Below are positions 20,863 through 30,832 of a stretch of DNA of 64,000 nt, one piece after another. Below the pieces are notes generated by a model. The model saw only the letters and a program-made list of their open reading frames with translations, did no database searches and was not told the origin of the DNA. The position numbers were made by a program, and so were the translations under genes. The stretch is from Acidobacteriota bacterium (GTDB lineage: Bacteria; Acidobacteriota; Vicinamibacteria; Vicinamibacterales; UBA2999): the NCBI GenBank assembly GCA_027622905.1, contig JAQBVV010000001.1, positions 2,111-66,110 of the forward strand, written 5' to 3'. Numbering within the stretch: position 1 is the stretch's first letter; each line of letters begins with the position of its first letter.

Positions 20863-21353
20863 CGCGTCGCCCTGCCGCCTGGATCGCGATGGCCAGCGTG
20901 GTGTTGCCGCTGGTGTTCGTCGGGGGGTGGATCAGCGGGAGGCTCGGCATGGGGGATTCGCCGGTGGATCCGGTGTCCCTGTCGGACCTCGAAGGGCGTT
21001 TTACCGAGCGGATGCGCAATGTGACGCTCGTCGGCACCTTTACCGTTGACGGTCGCGAAGACGGGGCGCCTCGCGAAGACCGGTATCGGATCGAGAGCGT
21101 CGAGAAAGTCGACGACGACCTGTGGCGGTTCCGCGCGGTCGTCGGGGACGGCGGAAGTGTCATCCCGATCGTGGTGCCCCTACGGTGGATTGGCGACACG
21201 CCGATGCTCATGATGACCGATACCAGCCTGCCCGGGATGGGGACCTTCACCGTGAGACTGTTCTTCTACCGCGATCACTATGCCGGGACGTGGCAGCATG
21301 GCGAGGTCGGCGGCCTCATGTCGGGGAGAATAGAGGGGCCTGCGGCTGAGTAG
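20859..21353 (+). CDS. Hypothetical membrane-anchored protein, translationally coupled to the peptide ABC operon
   Basis: 164-aa ORF with an ATGA overlap on the preceding ATPase gene. It has one N-terminal TM helix ([20 protein letters not shown]). I recognise no family. Confidence 0.55.
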   Translation: MTRRPAAWIAMASVVLPLVFVGGWISGRLGMGDSPVDPVSLSDLEGRFTERMRNVTLVGTFTVDGREDGAPREDRYRIESVEKVDDDLWRFRAVVGDGGSVIPIVVPLRWIGDTPMLMMTDTSLPGMGTFTVRLFFYRDHYAGTWQHGEVGGLMSGRIEGPAAE

Positions 21354-21673
21354 CGCCGCCTCTCGCCGGGCCTGGAGACTCGCCGTGGTGCCGGACCAGG
21401 CCCGACGCATCCAGCGCGGGAACACGACGCGTTTCGCTCACGCTGCGGAGTTGCCGTGATCAGCAGCGGTCGGGCATAATATGGCGCGGTCGGGTCGCCG
21501 TAACAGCTCCTTCACCCACCACGCCGCGAACCGGGATTCGACAGCGTAGAGTACCAGGGAGGGTGTCCCACCGGGCGCGTGACGCTCGACCACACCGAGG
21601 CGCGATTTGCGTGCAGCCGCCTCGGATTGCGACTTCACTTCAACAACCGGAACGTGATTTACGGGAGAAGATC

Positions 21674-23641
21674 GTGGCAGACAACAAGTTACCTTCAGCT
21701 GACGAAACGCCCGTCTACAACCCGCCGGCGGCGTTTTCCGCCAAGGCGCACATCAAGTCGCTCGACGAGTATCGCGCTCTGTACGACCGATCGGTGAGCG
21801 ACCCTGAAGGGTTCTGGGCCGAGCAGGCTGAGCAGCGCATCACCTGGATCGAGAAATGGCATACGGTTCGGCAGGTCGACTATCACAAGGCCGAGATCGC
21901 GTGGTACCTCGGTGGCAAGCTCAATGCCTGCTACAACTGCGTTGATCGCCATGTCGAAGCCGGTCGCGGGGGGAACACCGCGCTGATCTGGGAAGGCAAC
22001 AACCCGGCAGAGAGCAAGGTCTTCACCTACACGGAGCTTCAGGCGGAGGTGCAGAAAGCCGCCAATGCGCTCAAGAACCTTGGCATCGTCAAGGGCGATC
22101 GGGTGTGTATCTACATGCAGATGATTCCCGAGCTGGCCATTGCCATGCTGGCCTGTGCGCGGATCGGCGCGGTGCACTCGATCGTCTTCGGCGCGTTCAC
22201 GGCCGACAGCCTCGTCACCAGGATCAACGATTCGAAGTGCAAGGCGATCATCACGCAGGACACCGGTGTGCGTGGCGTCAAGCAGGACATCGCCATGAAG
22301 GCCAATGCCGACAGTGCGGTGAAGAGCACGCCGAGCATCGAGAAGATCCTCGTCGTGCGGCGCACCGGCGCGCCGGTCGACATGGCGCCCGGTCGCGACG
22401 TCTGGTGGCACGAAGCACTCGCCGCAGCGGACGCGACGTGCGCGCCAGAGGTGATGGACGCCGAGGATCCGCTGTTCATCCTGTACACCTCTGGATCGAC
22501 CGGCAAGCCCAAGGGCGTGCTGCATACCACCGGCGGGTACATGACCTACGTGGCGGCCACGTTCGAGTACGTCTTCGACTACCGCGCAGGCGATGTGTAC
22601 TGGTGCACCGCTGACATCGGCTGGGTGACGGGCCACAGCTACATCACCTACGGGCCGCTCGCCAACGGCGCCATCACGATGATGTATGAAGGCGTGCCGA
22701 ACTACCCCGATTGGGGTCGGTTCTGGGAGATCTGCCAGAAGCACAAGGTCAACATCTTCTACACCGCGCCGACGGCGCTGCGCGCGCTGATGAAGGAAGG
22801 CGACACGTGGCCGGCGAAATACGATCTCAGCAGCTTGCGATTGCTCGGCACGGTCGGCGAAACGATCAAGTCTCCGGAATGGACCTGGTACCACACGGTG
22901 ATCGGCAACGAGCGATGCCCGATCGTCGATACGTGGTGGCAGACCGAGACGGGCGGCATCCTGATGTCGCCGTTGCCCGGCGCAACGCCGACCAAGCCTG
23001 GTTCCGCGACGTTCCCGTTGTTTGGCATCACGCCCGCGCTGGTCGACGAGGAAGGCAACGTACTCGAGGGCAACAGCGTGCGGGGCAACCTCTGCATGTC
23101 GCAGTCGTGGCCCGGCCAGATGCGTGGTGTCTACGGCGATAAGCAACGCTTCTTCGACACCTACTTCGCGCGATTCCCAGGCAAGTACTTCACGGGTGAT
23201 GGTTGCCTGCGCGACAAGGACGGCTACTACTGGATCACGGGCCGCGTTGATGACGTGATCATCGTGTCCGGGCACAACCTGGGCTCGGCCGAGGTCGAGG
23301 GTGCGATCGGGAAACACCCGTCGGTCGCCGAGGCCGCGGTCGTCGGTTTCCCGCATGACATCAAGGGCAGCGCGATCTACGCCTTCGTCACGCTGAAGAC
23401 CGGCCAGACCCCGACCGATGCGATGAAGGCAGAGATCGTCAAGGCCGTGCGCGGCGAGATCGGTCCGCACGCCTCGCCGGACAAGATCCAGTTCACCGAG
23501 GGGTTGCCGAAGACTCGTTCGGGCAAGATCATGCGCCGCATTCTTCGCAAAATCGCAGAAGGCGACGTGCACGACCTTGGTGATATTACGACGCTCGCGG
23601 ACCCGGGCGTGGTGGAATCGCTGGTGACCGGGCGCGTCTAG
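21674..23641 (+). CDS. acs: Acetyl-CoA synthetase (AMP-forming)
   Basis: GTG at 21674 after a GGGAGAAG SD. Motifs are typical of Acs ([37 protein letters not shown]). Confidence 0.95.
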   Translation: MADNKLPSADETPVYNPPAAFSAKAHIKSLDEYRALYDRSVSDPEGFWAEQAEQRITWIEKWHTVRQVDYHKAEIAWYLGGKLNACYNCVDRHVEAGRGGNTALIWEGNNPAESKVFTYTELQAEVQKAANALKNLGIVKGDRVCIYMQMIPELAIAMLACARIGAVHSIVFGAFTADSLVTRINDSKCKAIITQDTGVRGVKQDIAMKANADSAVKSTPSIEKILVVRRTGAPVDMAPGRDVWWHEALAAADATCAPEVMDAEDPLFILYTSGSTGKPKGVLHTTGGYMTYVAATFEYVFDYRAGDVYWCTADIGWVTGHSYITYGPLANGAITMMYEGVPNYPDWGRFWEICQKHKVNIFYTAPTALRALMKEGDTWPAKYDLSSLRLLGTVGETIKSPEWTWYHTVIGNERCPIVDTWWQTETGGILMSPLPGATPTKPGSATFPLFGITPALVDEEGNVLEGNSVRGNLCMSQSWPGQMRGVYGDKQRFFDTYFARFPGKYFTGDGCLRDKDGYYWITGRVDDVIIVSGHNLGSAEVEGAIGKHPSVAEAAVVGFPHDIKGSAIYAFVTLKTGQTPTDAMKAEIVKAVRGEIGPHASPDKIQFTEGLPKTRSGKIMRRILRKIAEGDVHDLGDITTLADPGVVESLVTGRV

Positions 23642-23741
23642 AGCGTTTTTCGTTATCGGTCTGGGGCTTCTCGCAAGGGCCAGGCTCGTTCGAAAAGCGC
23701 TTTCCCGCGTTTTTCGGTCTCCACCGAATCGAAAAACGCTC
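23641..23741 (+). repeat. Copy 2 of the ~100-nt dispersed palindromic element
   Basis: gagcgtttttcgttatcggtctggggcttctcgcaagggccaggctcgttcgaaaagcgctttcccgcgtttttcggtctccaccgaatcgaaaaacgctc. Its first base is the G of the acs stop codon TAG. Confidence 0.9.
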
Positions 23742-23815
23742 CAACGTCGCGGGTTCGCGGCATCGACGCGTGTCCCCGCGTGTGGAGCCGGGCCGTCGAG
23801 GATAGAGGACGACAG

Positions 23816-24601
23816 ATGCGATCGTGGATCGGCCTCTCGGTGATGGCAGTCTGGGTGGGGTCGTCGGTCGCGTGTGCGCCGCCGGCACCTCCCGTGGCGC
23901 AGGACACGCGGCCCAGCGGCCCCGTCCAGTGGGGCTACGGTCGGGAGGACGGTCCGGCCGTGTGGGGCGATCTCTCTGTCGACTACGACCTGTGCGCAAC
24001 CGGCACTCGGCAGTCACCGGTCGATCTCCGCTCCGTCTCCGCAGCGGAGCCGGAGGCGTTCACATTCGATTACAAAGATTCAGCGATCGAGCTCGTCAAC
24101 GACGGGCGCACCGTTCGGGCGACCTACGATCCCGGTAGCGAGGTCGACATTGGCGGACAGCGCTTCGGGCTTCGAGAATTGCATTTTCATGCGCCGAGCG
24201 AGCATACCGTCGGGGGCCGGTCGTTCCCTGCAGAAGTCCACTTCGGTCACCAGTCGTCTGCGGGCGATCTGGCAGTGATCGCCGCATTCCTTGACGTCGG
24301 CCGCCACAGCGATGCGCTCGCACCGGTGCTCGACCGTCTGCCGACCACGATCGACCTGCCCCGCGCGGTGCTCGACAACCGATTGTCCGCCGCGGCGATC
24401 CTCGGTTCGGTGGGTGAGGTCATGCGCTACGACGGGTCCTTGACGAAGCCGCCGTGTACAGAGGGCGTTCGCTGGTTCGTGCTGGCCGATGCGATCGCGG
24501 TGGATGACGCCCAGATCGAGCAGCTCCGCGCAGTCGTGTACGACAACAGTCGACCGGTGCAGCCGAGGAACAACAGGACGATTGTCAGCGCCAGACGATG
24601 A
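23816..24601 (+). CDS. Alpha-class carbonic anhydrase, secreted
   Basis: The ATG at 23816 starts a signal peptide. Motifs: WGY...GPAVWG, QSPVDL, LHFHAPSEH, YDGSLTKPPCTEGVRWFVL. Confidence 0.9.
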   Translation: MRSWIGLSVMAVWVGSSVACAPPAPPVAQDTRPSGPVQWGYGREDGPAVWGDLSVDYDLCATGTRQSPVDLRSVSAAEPEAFTFDYKDSAIELVNDGRTVRATYDPGSEVDIGGQRFGLRELHFHAPSEHTVGGRSFPAEVHFGHQSSAGDLAVIAAFLDVGRHSDALAPVLDRLPTTIDLPRAVLDNRLSAAAILGSVGEVMRYDGSLTKPPCTEGVRWFVLADAIAVDDAQIEQLRAVVYDNSRPVQPRNNRTIVSARR

Positions 24602-24741
24602 TCCTCCTGTTGCGGACGATCGCGTTGAGGTCCGGAATGATGCCCGGGCCTTCGATGGCTGACGGCAGCAGGCTTTGCCTGCCAACCTTCTGAGTTCCTT
24701 GTCGCATTCTCGGTGGGTGTGAACCACTGGACGGTGCTACC

Positions 24742-25914
24742 GTGGCCGCCATGACAACGCTGCCCACCAAGCAGGAGATGCGCCGCGCATTCCTGAGTGG
24801 CGATGCGACCTACGACGGCGTGTTTTTCACGGGCGTGAAGACGACAGGCATCTTCTGCCGGCCGTCGTGCACGGCGCGCAAGCCGCGGCCCGAAAACGTG
24901 GAGTTCTTCGCCACGCCCCGCGAGGCCGCCTTTTCCGGCTATCGACCCTGCAAGCGGTGTCGCCCGCTGGACACCGACGGCCGTCCGCCTGCGTGGGTGG
25001 GCAGGCTGCTGGCGCGGGTCGACGCCGATCCTGCATCGCGCATCCGGGCGGCTGAGCTCCGCGCCGAGGGCATCGACCCCGCGCGGGCACGGCGGTATTT
25101 CCTGAAGCACTTTGGCATGACATTCCAGGCCTATGGCCGTGCCAAGCGCCTGGCAGACGCTTTTCACCAGATCAAGGGGGGCGCAACCGTGAGCGACGCG
25201 GCCAGCGACGGGGGATTCGAGTCTGAAAGCGGCTTTCGGTCTGCTTTTGCCAGGGCCTTCGGAACCTCGCCTGGAGAAGCCCACGACGGCGACACCGTTT
25301 CGCTCGACTGGATCGCGTCGCCGGTGGGGCCGCTCATCGCCGGTGCGACGACGGCAGGCGTGTGCCTGCTCGAGTTCACTGACCGTCGCATGCTGGAGGC
25401 CCAGCTGTCGACACTCGGGCGCCGGCTCGGCATGCCACTCATCCCCGGTCGGAACCGCTGGCTCGAGAGGCTACGTGTGCAGCTCGGCGAATATTTTGAC
25501 GGCGCGCGTGAGGCTTTCGACCTGCCGCTGGTCATCCGGGGGACCGTCTTCCAGGAGCGGGTCTGGAACGCGCTGCTCACCATTCCCTATGGTGAAACCT
25601 GGTCGTATCGCGACCTCGCCCGATGCATCGGGAACCCGGCCGCGACGCGCGCCGTGGGAACGGCCAACGGCATGAACCGCATCGCCATCGTGATCCCCTG
25701 TCACCGCGTCGTGAACGCCGACGGGCGCCTGGGTGGGTATGGTGGCGGCGTCTGGCGCAAGCGGAGTCTGCTCGACCTTGAGCGTGGGCAGGACTCGATC
25801 ACCACATCCGTCGCCTCCGGGTACCGTGGAGACCTGGCGGAGTCGCAGCGTGGGCCTTCGACTCAGAGCCAGCCGAAGTCCACGCGCACGGCGCCGCCGA
25901 TTGCCGAACCATGA
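24742..25914 (+). CDS. ada: Ada-type bifunctional regulator / methylated-DNA-protein-cysteine methyltransferase
   Basis: The N-terminal zinc domain (TTGIFCRPSCTARKP...YRPCKRCRP) closely parallels E. coli Ada. An AraC-type HTH region follows, then a C-terminal MGMT active site (IPCHRVV). Confidence 0.85.
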   Translation: MAAMTTLPTKQEMRRAFLSGDATYDGVFFTGVKTTGIFCRPSCTARKPRPENVEFFATPREAAFSGYRPCKRCRPLDTDGRPPAWVGRLLARVDADPASRIRAAELRAEGIDPARARRYFLKHFGMTFQAYGRAKRLADAFHQIKGGATVSDAASDGGFESESGFRSAFARAFGTSPGEAHDGDTVSLDWIASPVGPLIAGATTAGVCLLEFTDRRMLEAQLSTLGRRLGMPLIPGRNRWLERLRVQLGEYFDGAREAFDLPLVIRGTVFQERVWNALLTIPYGETWSYRDLARCIGNPAATRAVGTANGMNRIAIVIPCHRVVNADGRLGGYGGGVWRKRSLLDLERGQDSITTSVASGYRGDLAESQRGPSTQSQPKSTRTAPPIAEP

Positions 25915-25954
25915 CGCCGTCCTGTGCGCGATACACTTCCACGCCCACGGACTG

Positions 25955-27844
25955 CTAGGCGATCACCTTCCTGGTCTGCAGGATCGTAACGATTTCAGGG
26001 ATGACACCCGGATCCTCGATCGTGGAGGGCACAACGTATTCCTTGCCGTTGACGATACTGGCGAGCGTCTTGCGCAGGGTCTTGCCGGAGCGGGTCTTGG
26101 GTAGCCTGGCCAGGATCACGGTGTCCTTGTAGCAGGTGATCGCGCCGATGGTGTCCCGCACGCGCGTGATGAGTTGCTGCTGCAGCACCTCGTCGGTCAC
26201 CGTCACACCCGCCTTGAGCACGACCAGCCCCATCGGAACCTGGCCTTTGAGCGCATCGTCGCGCGCGATGACGGCGCATTCCGCCACATCAGGATGCGTG
26301 GCGACCACTTCCTCGATCTCGCCGGTGGACAGCCGGTGCCCGGCGACGTTGATCACGTCGTCGACGCGCCCCATCACGAAAACATAGCCGTCGTCGTCGA
26401 TGTAGCCACCATCACCGCTGGTGTAGTAGCCAAGCAGAAACTTCAGATAACCCTCGCGGAATCTGTCGGGATCGCCCCAGATGCGGTTCAGGCAGGCCGG
26501 CGGGAGCGGCAGCTTCAGGGCGATGTAGCCCTGCGTACCACGTGGCATCTGCTGCCCGTTCTCGTCCAGGATCTGCACATCGAAGCCGGGTACCGGCATT
26601 GTCGAGGAGCCGGCCTTGATCGGCATCGGCTCGACGCCTTGCAGGTTGGCGGTGATCGCCCAGCCGGTTTCGGTTTGCCACCAGTGATCGACCACGGGCT
26701 TCCCGGTGTGCCCGGTCAGCCACGCCTCGGTGGGCGGGTCGAGTCGTTCGCCGGCGGAGTAGATAACCTGAAGCGCGCTCAGGTCGTGCTGCTTCATCAG
26801 CGTTGCGTCCGGATCCTCCTTCTTGACGGCGCGGAACGCCGTCGGCGCCGTGAAGAGCGCCTGTACCCCGTATTCGGCGCAGACGCGCCACAGGGCTCCA
26901 GCGTCTGGCGTCATGACCGGTTTCCCCTCGTACACGATCGTCGTGCATCCGCGTAGTAGCGGGCCGTACACGGTGTACGAGTGGCCGACCACCCAGCCGA
27001 TGTCGGACGCCGCCCAGTAGACGTCGCCGGCCTCGACGTTGTAGATGGCCTTCATGCTGTAGTGCAACGCAACGGCGTGACCGCCGTTCTCTCGCACGAC
27101 GCCCTTGGGTTTACCGGTGGTCCCCGACGTGTAGAGGATGTAGAGCGGATCGCTGCCCTTGACCGGTGTGCAGTCCACGGGCGACGCGGCGGCGAGCAAC
27201 GTTGCCCAGTCGCGATCCCGTCCCTCGACCATCGAGGCGGCCGCCTGTGGGCGCTGGAGGACGACGCAGATCGCTGGCTTGTGCGCCGCAAGCTCGATCG
27301 CGCGATCGACGAGGGGCTTGTACTCGATCACGCGCGTGATCTCGATGCCGCAGGAGGCGGTCAGGATGACGGTCGGCGTGGCATCGTCGATGCGCGCGGC
27401 CAGCTCCGGCGGCGCGAAACCGCCGAACACCACGGAGTGCACGGCCCCGAGCCGCGCCACCGCAAGCATCGCGATGACCGATTCGGGGATCATCGGCATG
27501 TAGATGATGACGCGATCGCCCTTGGTGACGCCGAGCGTCGCGAGCATTCCGGCCGTGCGCGCCACCGCATCGGTGAGCTCAGCGTAGGTGTAGCGCGCCG
27601 TGGTGCCGGTCACGGGGGAGTCGTAAATGAGGGCCGCCTGGTCGCCACGCCCGTGCTTCACGTGATGATCGAGCGCCATGTACGCCGTGTTCATCTCGCC
27701 ATCGGCAAACCAGTGCCCGAGTCCGTCGTCGTCGATCGAGACGATGTCAGCGGGGAACGTGAACCATTCCAGCGCCTCGGCCTGCGTTCGCCAGAACCCC
27801 GCGGGATCGCGCATCGAGCGGTCGTACTCTTCCCTGTAGCTCAT
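25955..27844 (-). CDS. prpE: Propionate/3-hydroxypropionate-CoA ligase (PrpE-like acyl-CoA synthetase)
   Basis: The ATG at 27844 is preceded by a GGAAGGA SD. MSYREEYDRSMRDPAGFWRTQAE... and YTSGTTGKPKGV, WWQTETGW, PKTRSGKTLRK are typical of PrpE/Acs-family enzymes of about 629 aa. Confidence 0.8.
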   Translation of the reverse strand: MSYREEYDRSMRDPAGFWRTQAEALEWFTFPADIVSIDDDGLGHWFADGEMNTAYMALDHHVKHGRGDQAALIYDSPVTGTTARYTYAELTDAVARTAGMLATLGVTKGDRVIIYMPMIPESVIAMLAVARLGAVHSVVFGGFAPPELAARIDDATPTVILTASCGIEITRVIEYKPLVDRAIELAAHKPAICVVLQRPQAAASMVEGRDRDWATLLAAASPVDCTPVKGSDPLYILYTSGTTGKPKGVVRENGGHAVALHYSMKAIYNVEAGDVYWAASDIGWVVGHSYTVYGPLLRGCTTIVYEGKPVMTPDAGALWRVCAEYGVQALFTAPTAFRAVKKEDPDATLMKQHDLSALQVIYSAGERLDPPTEAWLTGHTGKPVVDHWWQTETGWAITANLQGVEPMPIKAGSSTMPVPGFDVQILDENGQQMPRGTQGYIALKLPLPPACLNRIWGDPDRFREGYLKFLLGYYTSGDGGYIDDDGYVFVMGRVDDVINVAGHRLSTGEIEEVVATHPDVAECAVIARDDALKGQVPMGLVVLKAGVTVTDEVLQQQLITRVRDTIGAITCYKDTVILARLPKTRSGKTLRKTLASIVNGKEYVVPSTIEDPGVIPEIVTILQTRKVIA

Positions 27845-27875
27845 CTTGACTCCTTCCGTCGCGTCAGTTCGATGC

Positions 27876-28661
27876 TCATTCCCCGCTGAAGCTGGCGGCG
27901 CGCTTCTCGACGAAGGCGGACATGCCCTCGGACTGGTCGCGCGAGGTGAAGAGGTCAGCAAACGCCTGTGCTTCCAGCTGGTTGGCGGCTGCCAGTGGCA
28001 GCGAGGCCCCCGCGTGAATCACGCGCTTGGCCTCGGCGACTGCCAACGGTCCCATGGTGGCGATCGTATCCACGCACGCGACGGCCTCCTGAAGCAGGGC
28101 TTCGGGCTCACAGACCTTGTTCGCCAGTCCGATGCGGAGGGCCTCGTCGGCCGTGATCATCTCGCCGGTCACGCACAACTCGATCGCCCTGCCCAACCCC
28201 ACACGACGCAGAAGACGCTGGGTGCCTCCAAAACCGGGAATCACGCCCAGCTTCACCTCGGGTTGCCCGAAGCGCGCCCTGGTGCTCGCGTAGATGAAGT
28301 CGCAGGCGAGCGCGATCTCGCATCCCCCACCGAGCGCGAAGCCATTGACGGCCGCGATGACAGGTACTTTTGTGGACGCGATCAGATCGCCGACGGCGTG
28401 TCCCCGCCTTGCGAAGGCCAGGGCCTGCTCGGGGTTCAGGTCTCGCATGGCTGCGATATCGGCCCCGGCCACGAAGGCTTTCTCCCCGGCTCCGGTGAGC
28501 ACGACCCCTCGCACGTGCTTCTCCGCGGCGAGGGCATGGAACGCCTCGCTGAGCGCCGTGATGACTGCTGCGTTCAGCGCGTTGAGCACCTGAGGTCTGT
28601 TGATGGTGATGATGCGGGCGGGTCCGCGGTCTTCAATGATGAGCGTCGTGTCGTCTGCCAT
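27876..28661 (-). CDS. Enoyl-CoA hydratase/isomerase (crotonase) family protein
   Basis: 261-aa ORF with a crotonase signature (VLTGAGEKAFVAGADI ... AAVNGFALGGGCEIALACD). Confidence 0.9.
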   Translation of the reverse strand: MADDTTLIIEDRGPARIITINRPQVLNALNAAVITALSEAFHALAAEKHVRGVVLTGAGEKAFVAGADIAAMRDLNPEQALAFARRGHAVGDLIASTKVPVIAAVNGFALGGGCEIALACDFIYASTRARFGQPEVKLGVIPGFGGTQRLLRRVGLGRAIELCVTGEMITADEALRIGLANKVCEPEALLQEAVACVDTIATMGPLAVAEAKRVIHAGASLPLAAANQLEAQAFADLFTSRDQSEGMSAFVEKRAASFSGE

Positions 28662-28790
28662 GGAGCCATTCTACAGATCGTTTGCGGCGCATGTTTCCTC
28701 GCTCACCCGTGACGCGGATATGATCGTGCGCGTACGCGTCAGAGAACGGAGCCGGGTCTGCGGTGGGTCGGCCTTGACAAGGGAACTGGA

Positions 28791-29780
28791 ATGAACAGCT
28801 TTCGTGCTTTTCGGATTGACAAGAAGGATGACGCGATCGTCGCGGGGTTCTGCGAACTGTCGCTCGACGACCTGAGCGAAGGCGAGGTCGTCATCAAGGT
28901 CAGCCACTCGACCATCAACTACAAGGACGCACTGGCAGCCACGGGGGCTGGAAAGATCCTGAGGCGCTACCCGCTGGTCGGCGGCATCGATCTGGCTGGT
29001 ACCGTCGTCAGCACCGCGGACGCACGTGTCGAGGTCGGCCAGCAGGTGCTCGTCAACGGATGTGGGCTGAGCGAGACGGTTGACGGGGGCTATGCGGAGT
29101 ACGCCCGTGTGAAGGGTGATGCCGTCATTCGCGTGCCTGAGGGCATGACCGCCGCGCAGACGATGCAGATTGGCACCGCGGGCTACACCGCAGCGCTGGC
29201 CATCCATCGGATGGAGCACAACAACCAGCGTCCCGAGCATGGGCCGATCGTCGTGACGGGTGCGACGGGAGGCGTGGGCAGCATCGCCGTCGACATGCTG
29301 AGCGCGAGGGGATACGAGGTCGTCGCGCTCACCGGGAAGGTGGAGCAGTCCGACTATCTCAAGAGCATCGGCGCGCATCGGGTCCTGCTCAGGGGAGACG
29401 TGGACTACGGTAAACGACCGATGGAGAAGGCGGAATGGGGCGGCGCGATCGACAACGTCGGCGGTGATGTGCTGACCTGGTTGACCCGCACCGTCAACTA
29501 CGGCGGAAACATCGCGAGCATCGGCCTCGCCGGGAGTCCCGCGCTCAATACCACCGTGTTGCCGTTCATCCTGCGCGCGGTCTGCCTGCTGGGCATCAAC
29601 TCGGTCGATACGCCGAGAGACCTGAGGCTGGAAGTCTGGGATAGGATCGGCGGGGATCTTCGACCCAGGCACCTGGAGACGATCGCCGCGACAACGATTG
29701 CGTTCGATGCGTTGCCCGGTGCCTTCCAGGCCTTCGTCGACGGTACAGTGACGGGTCGCACGGTTGTCGCGATCGGTTGA
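28791..29780 (+). CDS. acuI: YhdH/AcuI-family acrylyl-CoA reductase (MDR superfamily)
   Basis: 329-aa ORF. MNSFRAFRIDKKDD...VVIKVSHSTINYKDALAATGAGKILRRYPLVGGIDLAG is highly typical of the YhdH/YhfP/AcuI subgroup. Confidence 0.8.
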   Translation: MNSFRAFRIDKKDDAIVAGFCELSLDDLSEGEVVIKVSHSTINYKDALAATGAGKILRRYPLVGGIDLAGTVVSTADARVEVGQQVLVNGCGLSETVDGGYAEYARVKGDAVIRVPEGMTAAQTMQIGTAGYTAALAIHRMEHNNQRPEHGPIVVTGATGGVGSIAVDMLSARGYEVVALTGKVEQSDYLKSIGAHRVLLRGDVDYGKRPMEKAEWGGAIDNVGGDVLTWLTRTVNYGGNIASIGLAGSPALNTTVLPFILRAVCLLGINSVDTPRDLRLEVWDRIGGDLRPRHLETIAATTIAFDALPGAFQAFVDGTVTGRTVVAIG

Positions 29781-29797
29781 AGCGCAGAAGAGGACCA

Positions 29798-30775
29798 ATG
29801 AAAGCCATCCTCGTTCGTGAATTCGGCGCTGCGGGAGTCATGAGGCTCGAAGACGTGCCCAGCCCATCGCCCGGGCCAGGTCAGGTACTGGTGGGGGTCA
29901 AGGCTGTCGGCGTCAATCCCGTGGACACGTATATCCGCTCAGGCACGTACGCCATCAAGCCGAGCCTGCCGTATACGCCTGGCGCCGATATCGGCGGGAT
30001 CGTGGAAGCCACTGGCGTCGGTGTCACGCGCGTCACGAAAGGCGACCGGGTCTATGCGAACGGCACGGCCGAGGGGCACGGTGGATACAGCGAGGCGACA
30101 CTCTGCGATGAGTCGCAGGTTCACCTGTTGCCGGACCGGATCTCGTTCGCTCAGGGTGCTGCGGTGGGCGTCCCGTACGGCACCGCCTGGCGCGCCCTGT
30201 TTCTCAAGGCCAAGGCGCGTCCGGGAGAAACGGTCCTCGTCCATGGCGCGAGCGGTGGCGTCGGCATCGCGGCGACCCAGATGGCCCGGGCGGGTGGCCT
30301 GCGTGTGATCGGCACCGCCGGCAGCGACCGGGGGCTGGCGCTGGTGCGGGAGCAAGGTGCGCACGAGGTGCTCAACCATAATGACGCCGACTACATGAGC
30401 CGGATCATGGCGTTGACGGCCGGTCGCGGCGTGGACGTGATTCTCGAGATGCTTGCCAACATCAACCTCGACCGTGACCTTGAAGTCCTGGCTCTTCATG
30501 GACGCGTGATGATTGTCGGAAATCGTGGCCGCGTCGAGATCGATCCACGCAAGTTGATGGGTAAGGACGGCACCGTGCTGGGCATGACGATGTTCAACGC
30601 CACCGCGGAGGAGCGGCGCGCGATTCACGCGGCGCTCGGGGCCGGCCTGGCCAACGGCACGCTGAACCCGGTCGTCGGCCGGGAATTCCCGCTGGCACAG
30701 GCCGTCGATGCGCACGGTGCTGTCATGGAGGCGGGCGCGTTCGGAAAGATCGTGTTAGTGCCACCGGGCGCGTAG
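29798..30775 (+). CDS. NADPH:quinone oxidoreductase (zeta-crystallin-like MDR)
   Basis: ATG at 29798 after an AGAGGA SD. It starts MKAILVREFGAAGVMRLEDVP and has the cofactor motif VLVHGASGGVGIAA. Confidence 0.85.
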   Translation: MKAILVREFGAAGVMRLEDVPSPSPGPGQVLVGVKAVGVNPVDTYIRSGTYAIKPSLPYTPGADIGGIVEATGVGVTRVTKGDRVYANGTAEGHGGYSEATLCDESQVHLLPDRISFAQGAAVGVPYGTAWRALFLKAKARPGETVLVHGASGGVGIAATQMARAGGLRVIGTAGSDRGLALVREQGAHEVLNHNDADYMSRIMALTAGRGVDVILEMLANINLDRDLEVLALHGRVMIVGNRGRVEIDPRKLMGKDGTVLGMTMFNATAEERRAIHAALGAGLANGTLNPVVGREFPLAQAVDAHGAVMEAGAFGKIVLVPPGA

Positions 30776-30832
30776 TCAACAGGGCTCTTGTGGGCTTGGC
30801 GCGGCTCACAGACATCACATGGAGACGTTCTC

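Noticed and set aside
21596-21626. The hairpin CCGAGGCG-N15-CGCCTCGG in the 320-bp region upstream of acs, and the 66-aa minus-strand ORF 21438-21638.
   Set aside because: The hairpin has no recognisable riboswitch or attenuator context. The ORF has no family resemblance or SD. The evidence is insufficient for either.
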